Below are positions 51,451 to 63,240 of a stretch of DNA of 64,000 bases, one piece after another (the first letter of the stretch is position 1; every line of letters starts with the position of its first letter). Origin of the DNA: Chiloscyllium plagiosum (taxonomy: Eukaryota). The stretch covers positions 51,590,920 to 51,654,919 of the forward strand of contig NC_057719.1 of NCBI RefSeq assembly GCF_004010195.1. The letters are read 5' to 3'. Below the pieces are notes generated by a model, which was not told the DNA's origin, ran no database searches, and saw nothing but the letters and a program-made list of their open reading frames with translations. The translations under genes were made by a program, and so were the position numbers.

Positions 51451-51979
51451 TAATTTTTCAGTCAAATTTGTTATATGTGTTGTCCACTGACCTGTGTGAA
51501 GTGATATTTCAAAGTGGATCAAGACTTAAACAAAGTACAATTGTTTTTTGTACTTGGAATTTTAAGTTCTATTATATTGTGAAATTTGTGATAATTTATT
51601 GGTACCTGGAATAGAACTTATAACTAATTAGGAGTTCTAAGCTTTTAGGTTATAGAGATTTGGCTGAGTCTGAGGGTGTCAATCATTGTAATAGCTTTAG
51701 TGAACCCTAAAATCTTGCACTTCCATGTAGAGTGAAAGATCCCATTGAAAAGCTACGTCAAATGCAATAGGCAATATGTCCTCATTTGCTGTGGTTTTAT
51801 TATATAAATGCTTCTTGGCATAAGTTCATATCACTTTAAAATGCTCCCTAGTTATACTGTTATCTGATTTTGAATATCTTGCTGACGTCTACTCCTTACT
51901 CATTACTTTAATCAAATTTAACCCTATCTATCAAGTGTGGATTATTTACTTCAGATAAATGGTCTTTGTCTATCATTGT

Positions 51980-52600
51980 GGAGATCCCAGAGTTGGACTG
52001 GGGTGGACAAAGTCAAAACTCAAACAACACCAGACTATAGTCCAACGGGTTTATTTGAAATTGCAAGCTTTCAGACCTCTGCTCCTTCCACAGGCGTGGT
52101 ATGATAGGGAGTTATAAGACAATATTTATAAGCAAAAAGTTAACAACTTTAAAACTAGCTGCCCTTGTTGAATCCTTTTAATCATTTAAAAGGTAGACTG
52201 CTGATTAAAACACATAATCCAGATGCTATCAAGTCTTTGCCTCTAGATAGTTAAAGGTCAAAAAACCAGACCTCACCTTGAAACATAAATCTGAAGCAGG
52301 ACCTCACTCCTAAAGTGCATTGTCTGAGTTATCACCCCTTGTACATTGATAAAATCTTTAATTATCTAGGGACAAAGACGAAAGGAATCTGGATTTTGCA
52401 TTTTCAACAGCAGTCTACCTTCTCACTGATTAAAAGATTCAACAAGGCAGCTAGTTTTAAAGTTAATTTTTTGTTTATAAATAACTATATCTTCTACCTC
52501 CGTAATATACTGAGCCTGAGGAAAGAGCAGAACTCTGAGAGCTTGCAATTTCAAATAAACCTGTAGGACTATCATCTAATGATATTTTGGTTTTTGACTT
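51980..52600. mobile_element. PLE-derived long inverted repeat (arms ~52010-52256 and ~52356-52600)
   Basis: Arms are reverse complements; outer ends resemble family B pLTR; decayed core CTGAGGAAAGAG...CTCTGAGAGCTT at 52516. Confidence 0.75.
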
Positions 52601-55338
52601 GGGTAACTAGGGAGAGAATAGGGCCCCTCAAAGACAGCCTACGTGTGGAACCTCAGCAGATGGGGAAGATACTAACCAAGTATTTTGCATCAGTGTTTTA
52701 CTGTGGAGTAGAAGATAGAACATAGAACAGTACAGCACAGAACAGGCCCTTCAGCCCACTATATTGTGCCAACCATTGATTATCATGTATGCACCCTCAA
52801 ATTTCTGTGACCATATGCATGTCCAGCAGTCTCTTAAATGTCCCCAATGACCTTGCTTCCACAACTGCTGGCAACGCATTCCATGCTCTCACAACTCTGT
52901 GTAAAGAACCCGCCTCTGACATCCCCTCTATACTTTCCTCCAACCAGCTTAAAACTATGACCCCTCGTGTTAGCCATTTCTGCCCTGGGAAATAGTCTCT
53001 GGCTATCGACTCTATCTATGCCTCTCATTTTCTTGTATACCTCAATTAGGTCCCCTCTCCTCCTCCCTTTCTCCAATGAAAAAAGTCCGAGCTCAGTCAA
53101 CCTCTCTTCATAAGATAAGCCCTCCAGTCCAGGCAGCATCCTGGTAAACCTTCTCTGAATCCTCTCCAAAGCATCCACATTTTTCCTACAATAGGGCGAC
53201 CAGAACTGGATGCAGTATTCCAAATGCAGTCTAACCAAAGTTTTATAGAGCTGCAACAAGATCTCACGACTCTTAAACTCAATCCCCCCGTTAATGAAAG
53301 CCAGAACACCATATGCTTTCTTAACAACCCTGTTCACTTGGGTGGCTATTTTAAGGGATCTAAGTACGTGCACACTAAGATCCCTCTGTTCCTCCACACT
53401 GCCAAGAATCCTATCCTTAATCCTGTACTCAGCTTTCAAATTCGACCTTCCAAAGTGCATCACCTTGTATTTATCCAGGTTGAACTCCATCTGCCACCTC
53501 TCAGCCCATCTCTGCATCCTGTCAACGTCTCGCTGCAGCCTACAACAGCCCTCTATACTATCAACGACACCTCCAACCTTTGTGTTGTCTGCAAACTTGC
53601 TGACCCATCCTTCAATCCCCTCATCCAAGTCATTAATAAAAATTACAAACAGTAGAGGCCCAAGGACAGAGCCCTGTGGAACATCACTCACCACTGACTT
53701 CCAGGCAGAATATAACATGGAAGAGAGAATGTGGGGGAAATAGATGGTGACATCTTGAAAAATGTCCATATTACAGAGGAGGTGGTGGTGGATGTCTTGA
53801 AATGCATAAAAGTGGATAAAATCCCCAGGACCTGATCAGGTCTCTTCTAAATTCTGTGGGAGCTAAGAAAGTGATCGCTGGGCCCCTTGTTGAGATTTGT
53901 ATCATCGATCGTCACAGAAGATTGGAGGTTGGCTTATGTGGTGCCACTATGAAGAAAGCTGGTGAGAAAAGCCAGGGAATTATAGAGTCGTGAGCCTGAC
54001 CTTGGTGGTTGGTAAGTTGTTGGAGGGAATCTTAAGCGACAGGATTTACATGTATTTGGAAAGACGACAAGGACTGATTAGGGCTAGTCAGCATGGCTTT
54101 GTATGTGGAAAATCGTTTCATGAACTTGATTGAGTTTTTTGAGGAAGTAACAGAGGATTGATAGCAGAGCGGGTGATCTGATCTAAATGGACTTCAGTAA
54201 GGCGTTTGACAAGGTTCCTCTTAGGAGACTGGTTAGCAAGATTAGATCTCATGGAATATAGAGAGAACTAGCCATTTGGATACAGAACTGGCTTGAAGAT
54301 AGAAGACAGAGGGTGGTGGAGGAGGATTGCTTTTCAGACTGGAGGCCTATGACCAGGGGTGTGCCACAAGGATCGGTGCTGCATCCACTGCTTTTCATCA
54401 TTTATATAAATTATTTGGATGTGAATGTGAACATAGGAGGTATAATTAGTAAGTTTGCAGATGACATCCAAGTTGGAGGTGTAGTGGATACCGAAGAAGG
54501 TTACCTCAGTGCAATGGGATCTTGATCGGATGGGCCAATGGGCTGAGGAGTGGCAGATGGAGTTTAATTTAGATAAATGCGAGGTGCTGAATTTTAGAAA
54601 AGCAAATCAGAGTAGGACTTAATGGTAAGGTCCTAGGGAGTGTTGCTGAATGAAGAGACCTTGGAGTGCAGGTTCATAGCTCCTTGAAAGTGGAGTCGCT
54701 GGTGGATAGGGTAGTGAAGGAGGCGTTTGGTAAGCTTTCATTTATTGGTCAGAGTATTGAGTACAGGAGTTGGGAGGTCATGTTGCAGCTATAAGGACAT
54801 TGGTTAGGCCACTTTTGAAATATTGTAAGCAATTCTGGTCTACTTCCTATTGGAAGGATGTTGTGAAACTTGAAAGAGTTCAGGAAAGATTTACAAGAAT
54901 GTTGCCAGGGTTGGTGGATTTGAGCTATAGGGTGAGGCTGAATAGACTGAGTCTGTTTTCCCTGGAGCATTAGAGGCAGATTGGTTACCTTTTATAGAGG
55001 TTAATAAAATCATGAAGGGCATGGATAGGGGTGATGGAGTCCAGAACCAGAGGGCATAGGTTTACGATGAGAGGGGAAAGATATAAAAGAGACCTAAGGG
55101 GCAACGTTTTCATGCAGAGAGTAGTGTGTGTACGGAATGAGCTGCCAGAGGAAGGGGTGGAGGCTGGTACAATCGCAACATTTAAAAGGCATCAGGAAAG
55201 GTATATGAATAGGAAAGGTTTAGAGGGATATGGGCCGGGTACTGGCAGGTGGGACTAGATTAGGTTAGGATATCTGGTCAGTGTGAATGAGTCGGACCAA
55301 AGGGTCTGTTTCCATGCTGTACATCCAACTCTATGACA
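52601..55338 (+). mobile_element. CR1 (HER1-like) LINE, split by an antisense CR1 at 52714-53713
   Basis: GVPQGSVLHPLLFIIYIN, SKFADD; 3' tail at ~55335. Confidence 0.85.
52714..53713 (-). mobile_element. Young 5'-truncated CR1 with long open RT C-terminal frame
   Basis: ORF track 52834-53769: PQGSVLGPLLFVIFINDLD...FADN...LEYCIQFWSP; ATGTTCT tail. Confidence 0.92.
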
Positions 55339-55439
55339 TAGTCTATTCTTGAACTAATAAACTGCATTATACTGCAGCTTTGAGCTGGTCGCTGCAGTAT
55401 TACAGACAGTGTAGCTCATTTACATGTCTTTCTTGGACT

Positions 55440-55650
55440 GATTGGGAGATGCCATGGTCATTCTAACAAATGAGCCAATCAAGGGATTTTTCAATCTGTA
55501 ATTTCAGTTGCATCATACTGTAAACGTTTGCTATAAATTCTGTGTCTTACAGTTGTGTCCTCCACAACCACCTGATGAAGGAGCGGCGCTCTGAAAGCTA
55601 GTGCTTCCAATTAAACCTGTTGGACTGGTGTTGTGATTTTTAACTTTTTG
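55440..55650 (+). mobile_element. Family B pLTR unit with near-intact hammerhead
   Basis: Matches 19308-19395; possible CTTGGACT duplication at 55432-55439 and 55651-55658. Confidence 0.7.
55569..55603 (+). ncRNA. Minimal hammerhead ribozyme motif, family B
   Basis: CAC-CTGATGA-A-GGAGC-GGC-GCTCT-GAA-AGCT-A-GTG (G-U at base of stem II). Confidence 0.6.
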
Positions 55651-57574
55651 CTTGGACTAATAGTTGACTGCTCAGGCAGAGAATTCTGACCATGACTGGT
55701 TATATAAATTCAGAGATTTTCTTTGGAGTTAAAAAAAAAAATAAATCTCCTGGCAACTTGGATGGAAGCTTCTGTATATTTAAAACGTTTAACGTCATAA
55801 CATATGCACAGGAGAGTTTAAATCAAGTTTATGGAATTAGCATTAAATTTTTTTTACAATTGTGATATATGTCTGGTCATAACTCCAGAATTATAAGAAC
55901 TGCTTTGTTTTGTAGCAGTCCTGAAGTTGTCTTAATTTAGCTGAGAGTTTTTCTCTACATTGTCAATTTGACTTCAATGTCTCTCAGCATATGTTGAGGC
56001 TCACAGTTGCAAGTAAGGACAAATTGAAGTTGGAACTCAAACATAGCATAGCAAACTTTTTATGAAGTGACATCTATGGGACCAGGAGTTGGCTAGTTGA
56101 TCAAATATTCTAGTTGATCAAGAGACCCATTTAGTCAATGTAAAAACACATACTAAGTAATAGAAACATATTGAGGAATACATGCATCCATGTTTTTTTA
56201 CAGCATACACCACTTCAATAAAACTTAGTTGCATAGAGCTTTCCCCTCCCGCCCCCCCCCCCCCAACACCCTTAATTGAATTTCTCCTCAATCAAATGTT
56301 AATATTTTATGTAGCCATTTGGTTGTACAATAAGTATATTCACATTGAGGTAAATTTAACTATAATAATTGGACAGAATAATACAGTAAACATCATGGTA
56401 TTTGAGGTATTGCCATAATCTGTATGTTGTAACAGATTTTCCAGTTACTCAAATGACCAATCTATTGCCTTACCTGTATCCAGTTTTAAACAAAAGATCT
56501 ATTAGCCAAGTTTCTTAATGTACTTATGGATCTATTATCAAAGAAATCTTTCAATAAAGGTGCAATATTTGGGTTAACATTCACAATACAGACATTTATT
56601 TGCTTATCCTTTTAAATGCCCTTAACGTACTGCACACCGGAAAAGACAAAATGGTATATTTTTCTGCAGAAGTTGGTGTTCTGAAGTAAAACACTTTGCT
56701 GAGGGTTAAACTTGAAGGCATAAGGATAGAGTGCAGGCTGCTCCTTAGTCTGTTGCTGTAATGTTCTAGAAAGCGTGGTCAAGTCACTGATCACGCATGG
56801 TTGTTTTTGAAACATTGTAGACACAACGTGTTCACTGCTTGATGATATTGCAATCACACTTTAAAAGAACCTTTTTTCCATAAATGGCACATTTGAGGGA
56901 AATAAAAAGTAAGTTGAGGTCGTGAGTTGGTTCATTGCTGAAGTTCCATTTCCAAATCTTGGTGCACAATGGTATGATCATGTCTAGCATTTTAGTTAGC
57001 CAGTCAAATTGCTAGGAACTAAGAATAAATCTGTATGTGGATGAAAAATGTGATGGTGTTTTAGGAGACTAATCATTCCCTAAGGGACTTACTGGGAAAC
57101 TAATTAAGGATAATAACATTATTCTTGGAAAATTCCTATAAATGACCACTATTGGTATTTTGGTGTGTAGAATGGTGAAGTGTCGGTGTCTAGCCTTACA
57201 TAATTGACCATCATATTGCCCGGAGTTTAAAACTAAATCGATATATGCTACCTAGTGTCAGATGTGAAAATCGTATTTTTGGAGTTCAGTCGCTAAAATA
57301 ATTAGGTTCCACATTGGCATTTCTACATGACTAATTAAAGATAATGATATTATTTCTAAAGTATTTCTGTAAATGACAACTTTGCGACATTCAGAATGAA
57401 ATTAGTTCAACTAACATGGTTACTCCTGCACCACCTCTGTGGCTAAGATGGTAGAAATGAAGTTTAACTCCTGTATGTTTAGTAGCTTAACTGCAGAGTG
57501 AAACGCATTAGAAAGTAACTGAAAACTCATTTGTCGTTCCAAATATTGTTGTTAACTTGAAAGTAGGTGATGAA

Positions 57575-57822
57575 TTAAGGTGAGAGGGAAAGATTTAAAA
57601 AGCACCTGAGGGATAACATTTTCATGCAGAGGGCAGTATGTTTATGCAAAGAGCTACCAGAAGAAGTGGTGGGGGTGGGTACAATTATAATATTTTAAAA
57701 GGCCTCTGGATAGGAATATGAATAAGAAGGGTTTAAGAGGGTTATGGGCCAGTGGGATTATGTTAGATTGGGATGTCTGGTTGGTGCAGATTAGGGTCTG
57801 TTTCCATGCTATATGACTCTAT
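57575..57822 (+). mobile_element. CR1 3' end
   Basis: Matches 26255-26530. Confidence 0.8.
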
Positions 57823-57829
57823 TGGGTGG

Positions 57830-58520
57830 CCTAAAATTGCAAATTGAATGGAGGTGTTCACAAGAAGTAGTTGCCCAGTTTTCACATAGTGTCCCCAGTA
57901 TTCCATTTACAGTGTGGTGTCTCCTACATTGGGGAAGAGCAAATTAAGTCTAAGTGATCACTTTATGGAACATCCATATTCAAAACGTAGACCCTCTGCT
58001 CCCAATCACCTCTCATCTAAATTCTTCACCATATGCCCATATGCCATCTGTCTCTGGCCTGTTGCAATATTTCAATGAAGCTCAGTGCAAGCTTGAGGAA
58101 CAGCAGCTCATCTTTCAAACAGAACTTCACAGCCTTTTGGACACAACATTGCGATCAACAATTGTAGACTATAATCTCTGGCTCAAAATTTGACTGTGTC
58201 TCTCTGTCTCTGTGTCTCTCCTTTCCCTTATTTAATTTGCATTCATTCAGCAGCTATTTAGAATCCTGATATTCATGACTCTGCACACCTTTTGTTCTTG
58301 AATCATTATCATCCCTTTTGGTATTATACCTCAAAACCCTCTGTCTTCTATCCTCATTTACCCTTTCACTTCATCACAGACTTTTCTTTTATTATTCTTC
58401 CCCCTTACAAATCTAGGTTTACCCAGCTCTGGTGAAAGGGTACAGATCTAAAACATTAACTTTTTTTTCCTCTTCAAAAGGTGCTGTCAGACTTGAACAT
58501 TTCTAGCACTTACAAATTTT
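57830..58520 (+). mobile_element. Old Penelope-like 3' fragment (GIY-YIG + pLTR)
   Basis: tcctacattggggaa (SYIGE), GLLQYFNEAQCKLEEQQLIF; decayed core ctggtgaaagggtacagatctaaaacattaac at ~58428. Confidence 0.7.
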
Positions 58521-59043
58521 TCTTTATATATAAACTAGGTATCTTGGGTCCACTGTCAATGCTCTCCCTCTAATTATGATCTAATAATAGGAAAGCACAC
58601 CCTGCATTAAATAGGAAGATCCAAACTTTTTAAACCAAGGAGAAGTCAGTTCTTTGGACTATTGACAGCTATTAAAAAGTTTAAATTAACTTTAACTTTT
58701 AGAAACCAAGCTACAGACTAACAAATCTTTTATATTCGGATACTGTATTTATTTAATGATTCATTAAGAGCCCTCAAAACTTCTCTTTGCAACTCTCCAA
58801 ATACATGAGATTCAAAACAAGTCAAACCAGAAAGAAATGTGGGTGTAAATAGAAAACAAGTTGACTGGCCTAAAAGACTAGGGTTTGATGACTAACAACC
58901 AGGACATGGCTAACTGACTATTTATTATTAAAAACATTGGCAGCTTCATTGCCTAAATGCATCTAAACTTTCCTCTGAACACTAGCAATCTTTTTACTAG
59001 CAATATTTGTGTAATTATCTTGGTATCAACTTTGAAAATAGTA

Positions 59044-59266
59044 CAGATCGTTCTGCTGTCACACACATTTTGACAGCATGAATTGACTATAGTGCGATTG
59101 AAATATGGACGTTGTTTGAATAACACAAACTTTCTACTGAATAGGTGTAGTGACTTTCTGTTCGCGATCGTCTACAGCATGATTTTCTTTATTGATTTTC
59201 CATTGCGTGATTTTCTGTAGCATGAAATTGCAGAGGAAGAAACTTGTGTTAAAGCAGAACGACCTG
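59044..59266. mobile_element. Tc1/mariner (Tigger/pogo-like) MITE, 223 bp
   Basis: TIRs CAGATCGTTCTGCTGTCACAC and (reverse complement) CAGGTCGTTCTGCTTTAACAC; TA on both sides. Confidence 0.8.
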
Positions 59267-59409
59267 TATAAGAGGTGATAAAATAAATGACAGGTTGTAA
59301 TGAGATGAAAATGCTAAAACATTTGGCAAGAAGCTTGACATAAATTGAAATTTAAATCAAGGGAAAACGAAACCAGTACTATAGTCTTTTATAATTCGTG
59401 TTGTAAATT

Positions 59410-59780
59410 ATGTGGAACTCTGAATTTGGTTGCATAAATAAATTGATAGGTATGAAATTCCTTTAATATACTTGTCATAGCTATAAACAGCAATAGGCTG
59501 GCAGAATTAGTAAATTTCCTGGCTGCATGAAAACAAATCCTTTTATAATTTTTTTACTTGGCATTGCAAAAACAATGAAATTTAAATGATGCTTTCTAAA
59601 AGTTAATAAGTTACACCACAGCAGCTCTAAATTTAAGTAGTGAATCACAACTGATACCAGTAATCGTGTTATACTTTCGTTAAACATTATAAAATCAACT
59701 TCCGTTGATACATAATTAATACAAATCCCCTTTTTGCAGTTGTTTTCCTTGGTAAATACAAGCAACGTACTCAAACATAT
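59410..59780 (-). repeat. Unclassified dispersed repeat, copy B
   Basis: Reverse-complement homolog of 15285-15638. Confidence 0.8.
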
Positions 59781-60051
59781 ATTAAGCAGTGCCTATGGAT
59801 CTCCATCTTTTATGTTTCTAGTTGATCCTACTGAGCTTCCAAAAATTCTTTGATTGCTAACATACCTTTTTAGAAGTTCATTATTTTCTCATTATATTTT
59901 CTACCAGCATGACTTTGCACTCCATTTGTTTTCAATTCCTTTTCACTTCCCTACTTGCTATATTCAGCATGATTCCTCCTTCTGTTATCAAGATGACATT
60001 TGTCATGCGCTCTCCTTTTCTTTTCCAGCTTTGTTTAATTATATATTTCCA

Positions 60052-60175
60052 TTGAGGAGAAAGTGAGGTCTGCAGATGCTGGAGATCAGAGCTGGAAATG
60101 TGTTGCTGGAAAAGCGCAGCAGGTCAGGCAGCATCCAGGGAACAGGAGAATCGACGTTTCGGGCATAAGCCCTTC
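60052..60175 (-). mobile_element. Solo family A pLTR unit, truncated within the hammerhead core
   Basis: 123/124 identical to 1-124. Confidence 0.8.
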
Positions 60176-60924
60176 TAAACTGGATTGCACCTTTTTTCCT
60201 CTTGTGGGAATGAAGTTAGACTGGACCTAAAACCACGCTGAATTGCATTTCTGCCTGGTTCTCTTTGACTCAAGTTTACTTCGGCCAGATCTGTCCTTCA
60301 GATTCTCTGAACATAGCTGAACAGATGCAGAATTCCAATTAAGTTTTAAGTAGATTGTTCTTTGTCCTTCTCCATAACTAATGTAAACATGCTGTCCTTA
60401 GCTTTTCACCCACTGTGAAAGTACCACTTCATTCTGCAGGACTTAATCTAGCACAGCCTGTCTTCTCGTTGGACTGCAACCAAATGGATCAAAACGTTCT
60501 CCTGAACGCATACTACTGTGTTGTACATTTGAACAATATTTTCAGTACAAGGGCTTTATTGAAGTGAAGTTTCAGGTGTCGTTCAACAGTATGTGTGCGT
60601 GCCTCATACAAGAGGTCATAGCTATGGTAAACCAAAATAGACATTTGTACATGATTGCATTTCAATTCAAACATCCCCTTGAAAAATAAGAAACATGAAT
60701 TATGTATGTTTTTAGTTACTAAAGTTACCAGCTATGCATAGCAAGATTCTCATGCCTTAGTCCTATCAGTCTCTGCATATGGTGTGTTTTTGCCATTGTT
60801 TGGTTGTTTAGATGAAGGTGTTTTGCTAGGGAATGTCATTCTTGTGTCAGTTGTTGTTGCTGTGGTAGCTCATGTTTTATTTCTGTTACTGGGTTGCTGT
60901 GTAAATCTGGATATTTTGGTTAAT

Positions 60925-61320
60925 ATGGATGTAAGTTAGCTCGCTGAGCTGGAAGGTTTGTTTTCAGATATTTCGTCACCATAACTAGATAACAACACAA
61001 TTAGTGAGAGCCTCTGGTGAAGTGCTGATGGTATATCCCACCTCACTTTATTAGTCTTGGTTTCTTAAGGTGGGTGATGTTTTTCTGGTCCCTGTTTTTT
61101 TTCCAAGGGAAGGTAGATGGAGTCTAAATTTGATGTGTTTTCTGTAGATGGTGGATTTACCCCTTCCCGATCAGCTGTCTGCAGTTGGGCTTATGTGCCT
61201 AAAGTCTTGACAATATAACTGGTCGTTCAGCTTTATGTACAATCAAGGTGACAACTCCGCCATGCAGGTCTCAGGATTGCCACTTGGCCTGTCTTTTTTT
61301 GAGATTGTTGAATATATATA
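60925..61320 (-). mobile_element. Probable third PLE family remnant (pLTR + ORF debris)
   Basis: Minus strand ...gttatctagttatggtgacgaaatatctg resembles a decayed stem II + GAAAYGUC; recognised from memory only. Confidence 0.4.
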
Positions 61321-61509
61321 TCCTGATTGACTCTGCCTCTGCCTCTGCCTCTGCAATGGCTTGGTTCAGCTGTCTTGTTGAAATTAAGTTTGGCTTTCTG
61401 ATTTTCATCTTGATTATCTCACTCATACCTGTTATTTCTTCTGACTTTGTTTGCATATTTGCTATTGTGTGTTTTTATACTGGACTACAGTAGGTGTGCT
61501 TCTTTATTT

Positions 61510-61928
61510 GAGGATTTTCTTGTATACATCTGCACGGGATTTGTTTGATTCTCTTTTTGATTTCTTTGGTGCTTTTTACTGCTGCCTCAACTGTTCCATT
61601 TGACTGGGGTTAGTGTAATGTGTGATGCTGAATTTCCCAATCTTTCATAAAGCAACTGAATTCTTCACTTGTAAACTGAAGGCCACTGTCACAATGACAA
61701 TGTCATAATGTCAAATGGCTGTCCGCTTTTAAGCATTCGCCAATAGCTGCAGCAGTTGACGTTGATGTTAACTGGTCTACCTACCAGTGGTCTGACTTAT
61801 AGTCTACTAGGACAAGATAATTAATTTCTGCAAGTGTGAAGAACTTACACTTCAACAATTCCAGTTTCAATCATGGTATATTTGGGAAGTCTTATGTGTT
61901 CAGCGGCTCTCTAGCTTGCTTAGCTTGG
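61510..61928 (-). pseudogene. Ty3/Gypsy integrase (rve core) relic
   Basis: Minus strand QAREPL...NYLVLVDYKSDHW...DSGLQFTSEEFSCFMKDWEIQHH...PQSNGTVEAAVK. Confidence 0.85.
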
Positions 61929-62110
61929 TGTTCAGTTTTTTTTTTCCCTGAGGTTCTTTACACACTTAAGCTGGTGTGTTGCAGTTGCATTATGTGAACA
62001 AGTAAAACTTTATTACGCACAGAACAATACAAGCTTTGGAGAAACCCTGAACACACTTTGCCATGGTTGCAAAGCTTGTCCAGGGAAGCTTTGAGGCAAC
62101 AAGAAAGCTT
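61929..62110 (-). mobile_element. LTR R/U5 segment related to 1001-1170, no PBS (solo or 3' LTR)
   Basis: 35-bp identity 62035-62069 vs 1101-1135; similar terminus ...TGAACA at 61929. Confidence 0.65.
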
Positions 62111-62299
62111 TGAACAAATACTGGACTAGCTGAGTGTGATCCTTGATTTTATTCATGTGTTGGCCAGTAGAGCGGATCTGAGCAAAAGAACCAGCCTCTG
62201 CCCACTGACAGGTGATGTGTAGCTAGTCAAGGAGACTCAGGTGGTGAAGAGAGGAGGGGGGCAGTCAGGCAGGATGTAGAAGGGGAGACAAAAACAAGA

Positions 62300-62772
62300 A
62301 GTCAGAGTCATAGAGATGTATAGCACGGAAGCAGACCCTTTGGTCCAACTCTTCCATGCCGAACAGGTATCCCAACCCAATCTAGTTCCACCTGCCAGCA
62401 CCTGGCCCATATCCTCCCAATTCTTCCTATTCATATACCCATCCAGATGCTTTTTAAATGCTGTAATTGTACCAGCCTCCACCACTTTCTCTGGCAGCTC
62501 AATCCATGCACGCACCACTCTCTGCATGAAAAAGTTGTCCCTTACGTCTCTTTTATCTTTCCCTCTCACCCTAAACCTATGCCCTCTACTTCTGGACTCC
62601 CCCACCCCAGGGAAAAGACTTTGTCTATTTATCCTATCCATGCCCCTCATGATTTTATAGACGTCCTATCAAGTCACCCGTCAGCCTCTGATGAATCAGG
62701 GAAAACAGCCCTAACCTATTCAGCCTTTCCCTATAGCTCAAATCCTCCAACCCTGGCAACATCCTTGTAAAT
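62300..62772 (-). mobile_element. CR1 (HER1-like) 3' end
   Basis: MRGMDRINRQSLFPGVGESRSRGHRF. Confidence 0.9.
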
Positions 62773-62966
62773 CCAGTGGGGGATGGAGAGAACCAGATGG
62801 ATTTTAGTCAGGGAGGGAGAGAATTGGGTTGATTGTTAGGGTACACGGGTAGTGGAAAGGAAAAGGTCGGTAGCTGCTCAGGGTTAGTTGGGGTTATGGC
62901 AGACAAGGGAGATGGGGCTGTTCCAAGAAAAAGTGGTTATGGCAACAGCAAGCCAGTAAAAAAAAA

Positions 62967-63240
62967 TGGGCTGGCATAGTGGCTAGCACTTTGGCACTTT
63001 ATGCAAAAGATCCAGACTTAATTCCACACTCTCCGGCAACTATCTGTTTGGAGTTTGCATGTTCTCTACTGTGTTTTCATTGCTTTGCTCCAAGTGCTCA
63101 GTTTCCTCCCACAGAACAAAGGTGTGCAGGTCAGGTAGGTTGACCATGCTAAATTGCCCATGGTATCCAGGGATGTTTAGGTTAGGTAGGTTAGCCATGG
63201 TAAATGTGGGGTTGCAGGCATAGGTGAGATGTTCGGAGGG
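62967..63240 (+). mobile_element. Diverged HE1-like SINE
   Basis: ggagtttgcatgttct...tttcctcccacag...ccatgctaaattgccc core. Confidence 0.7.
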
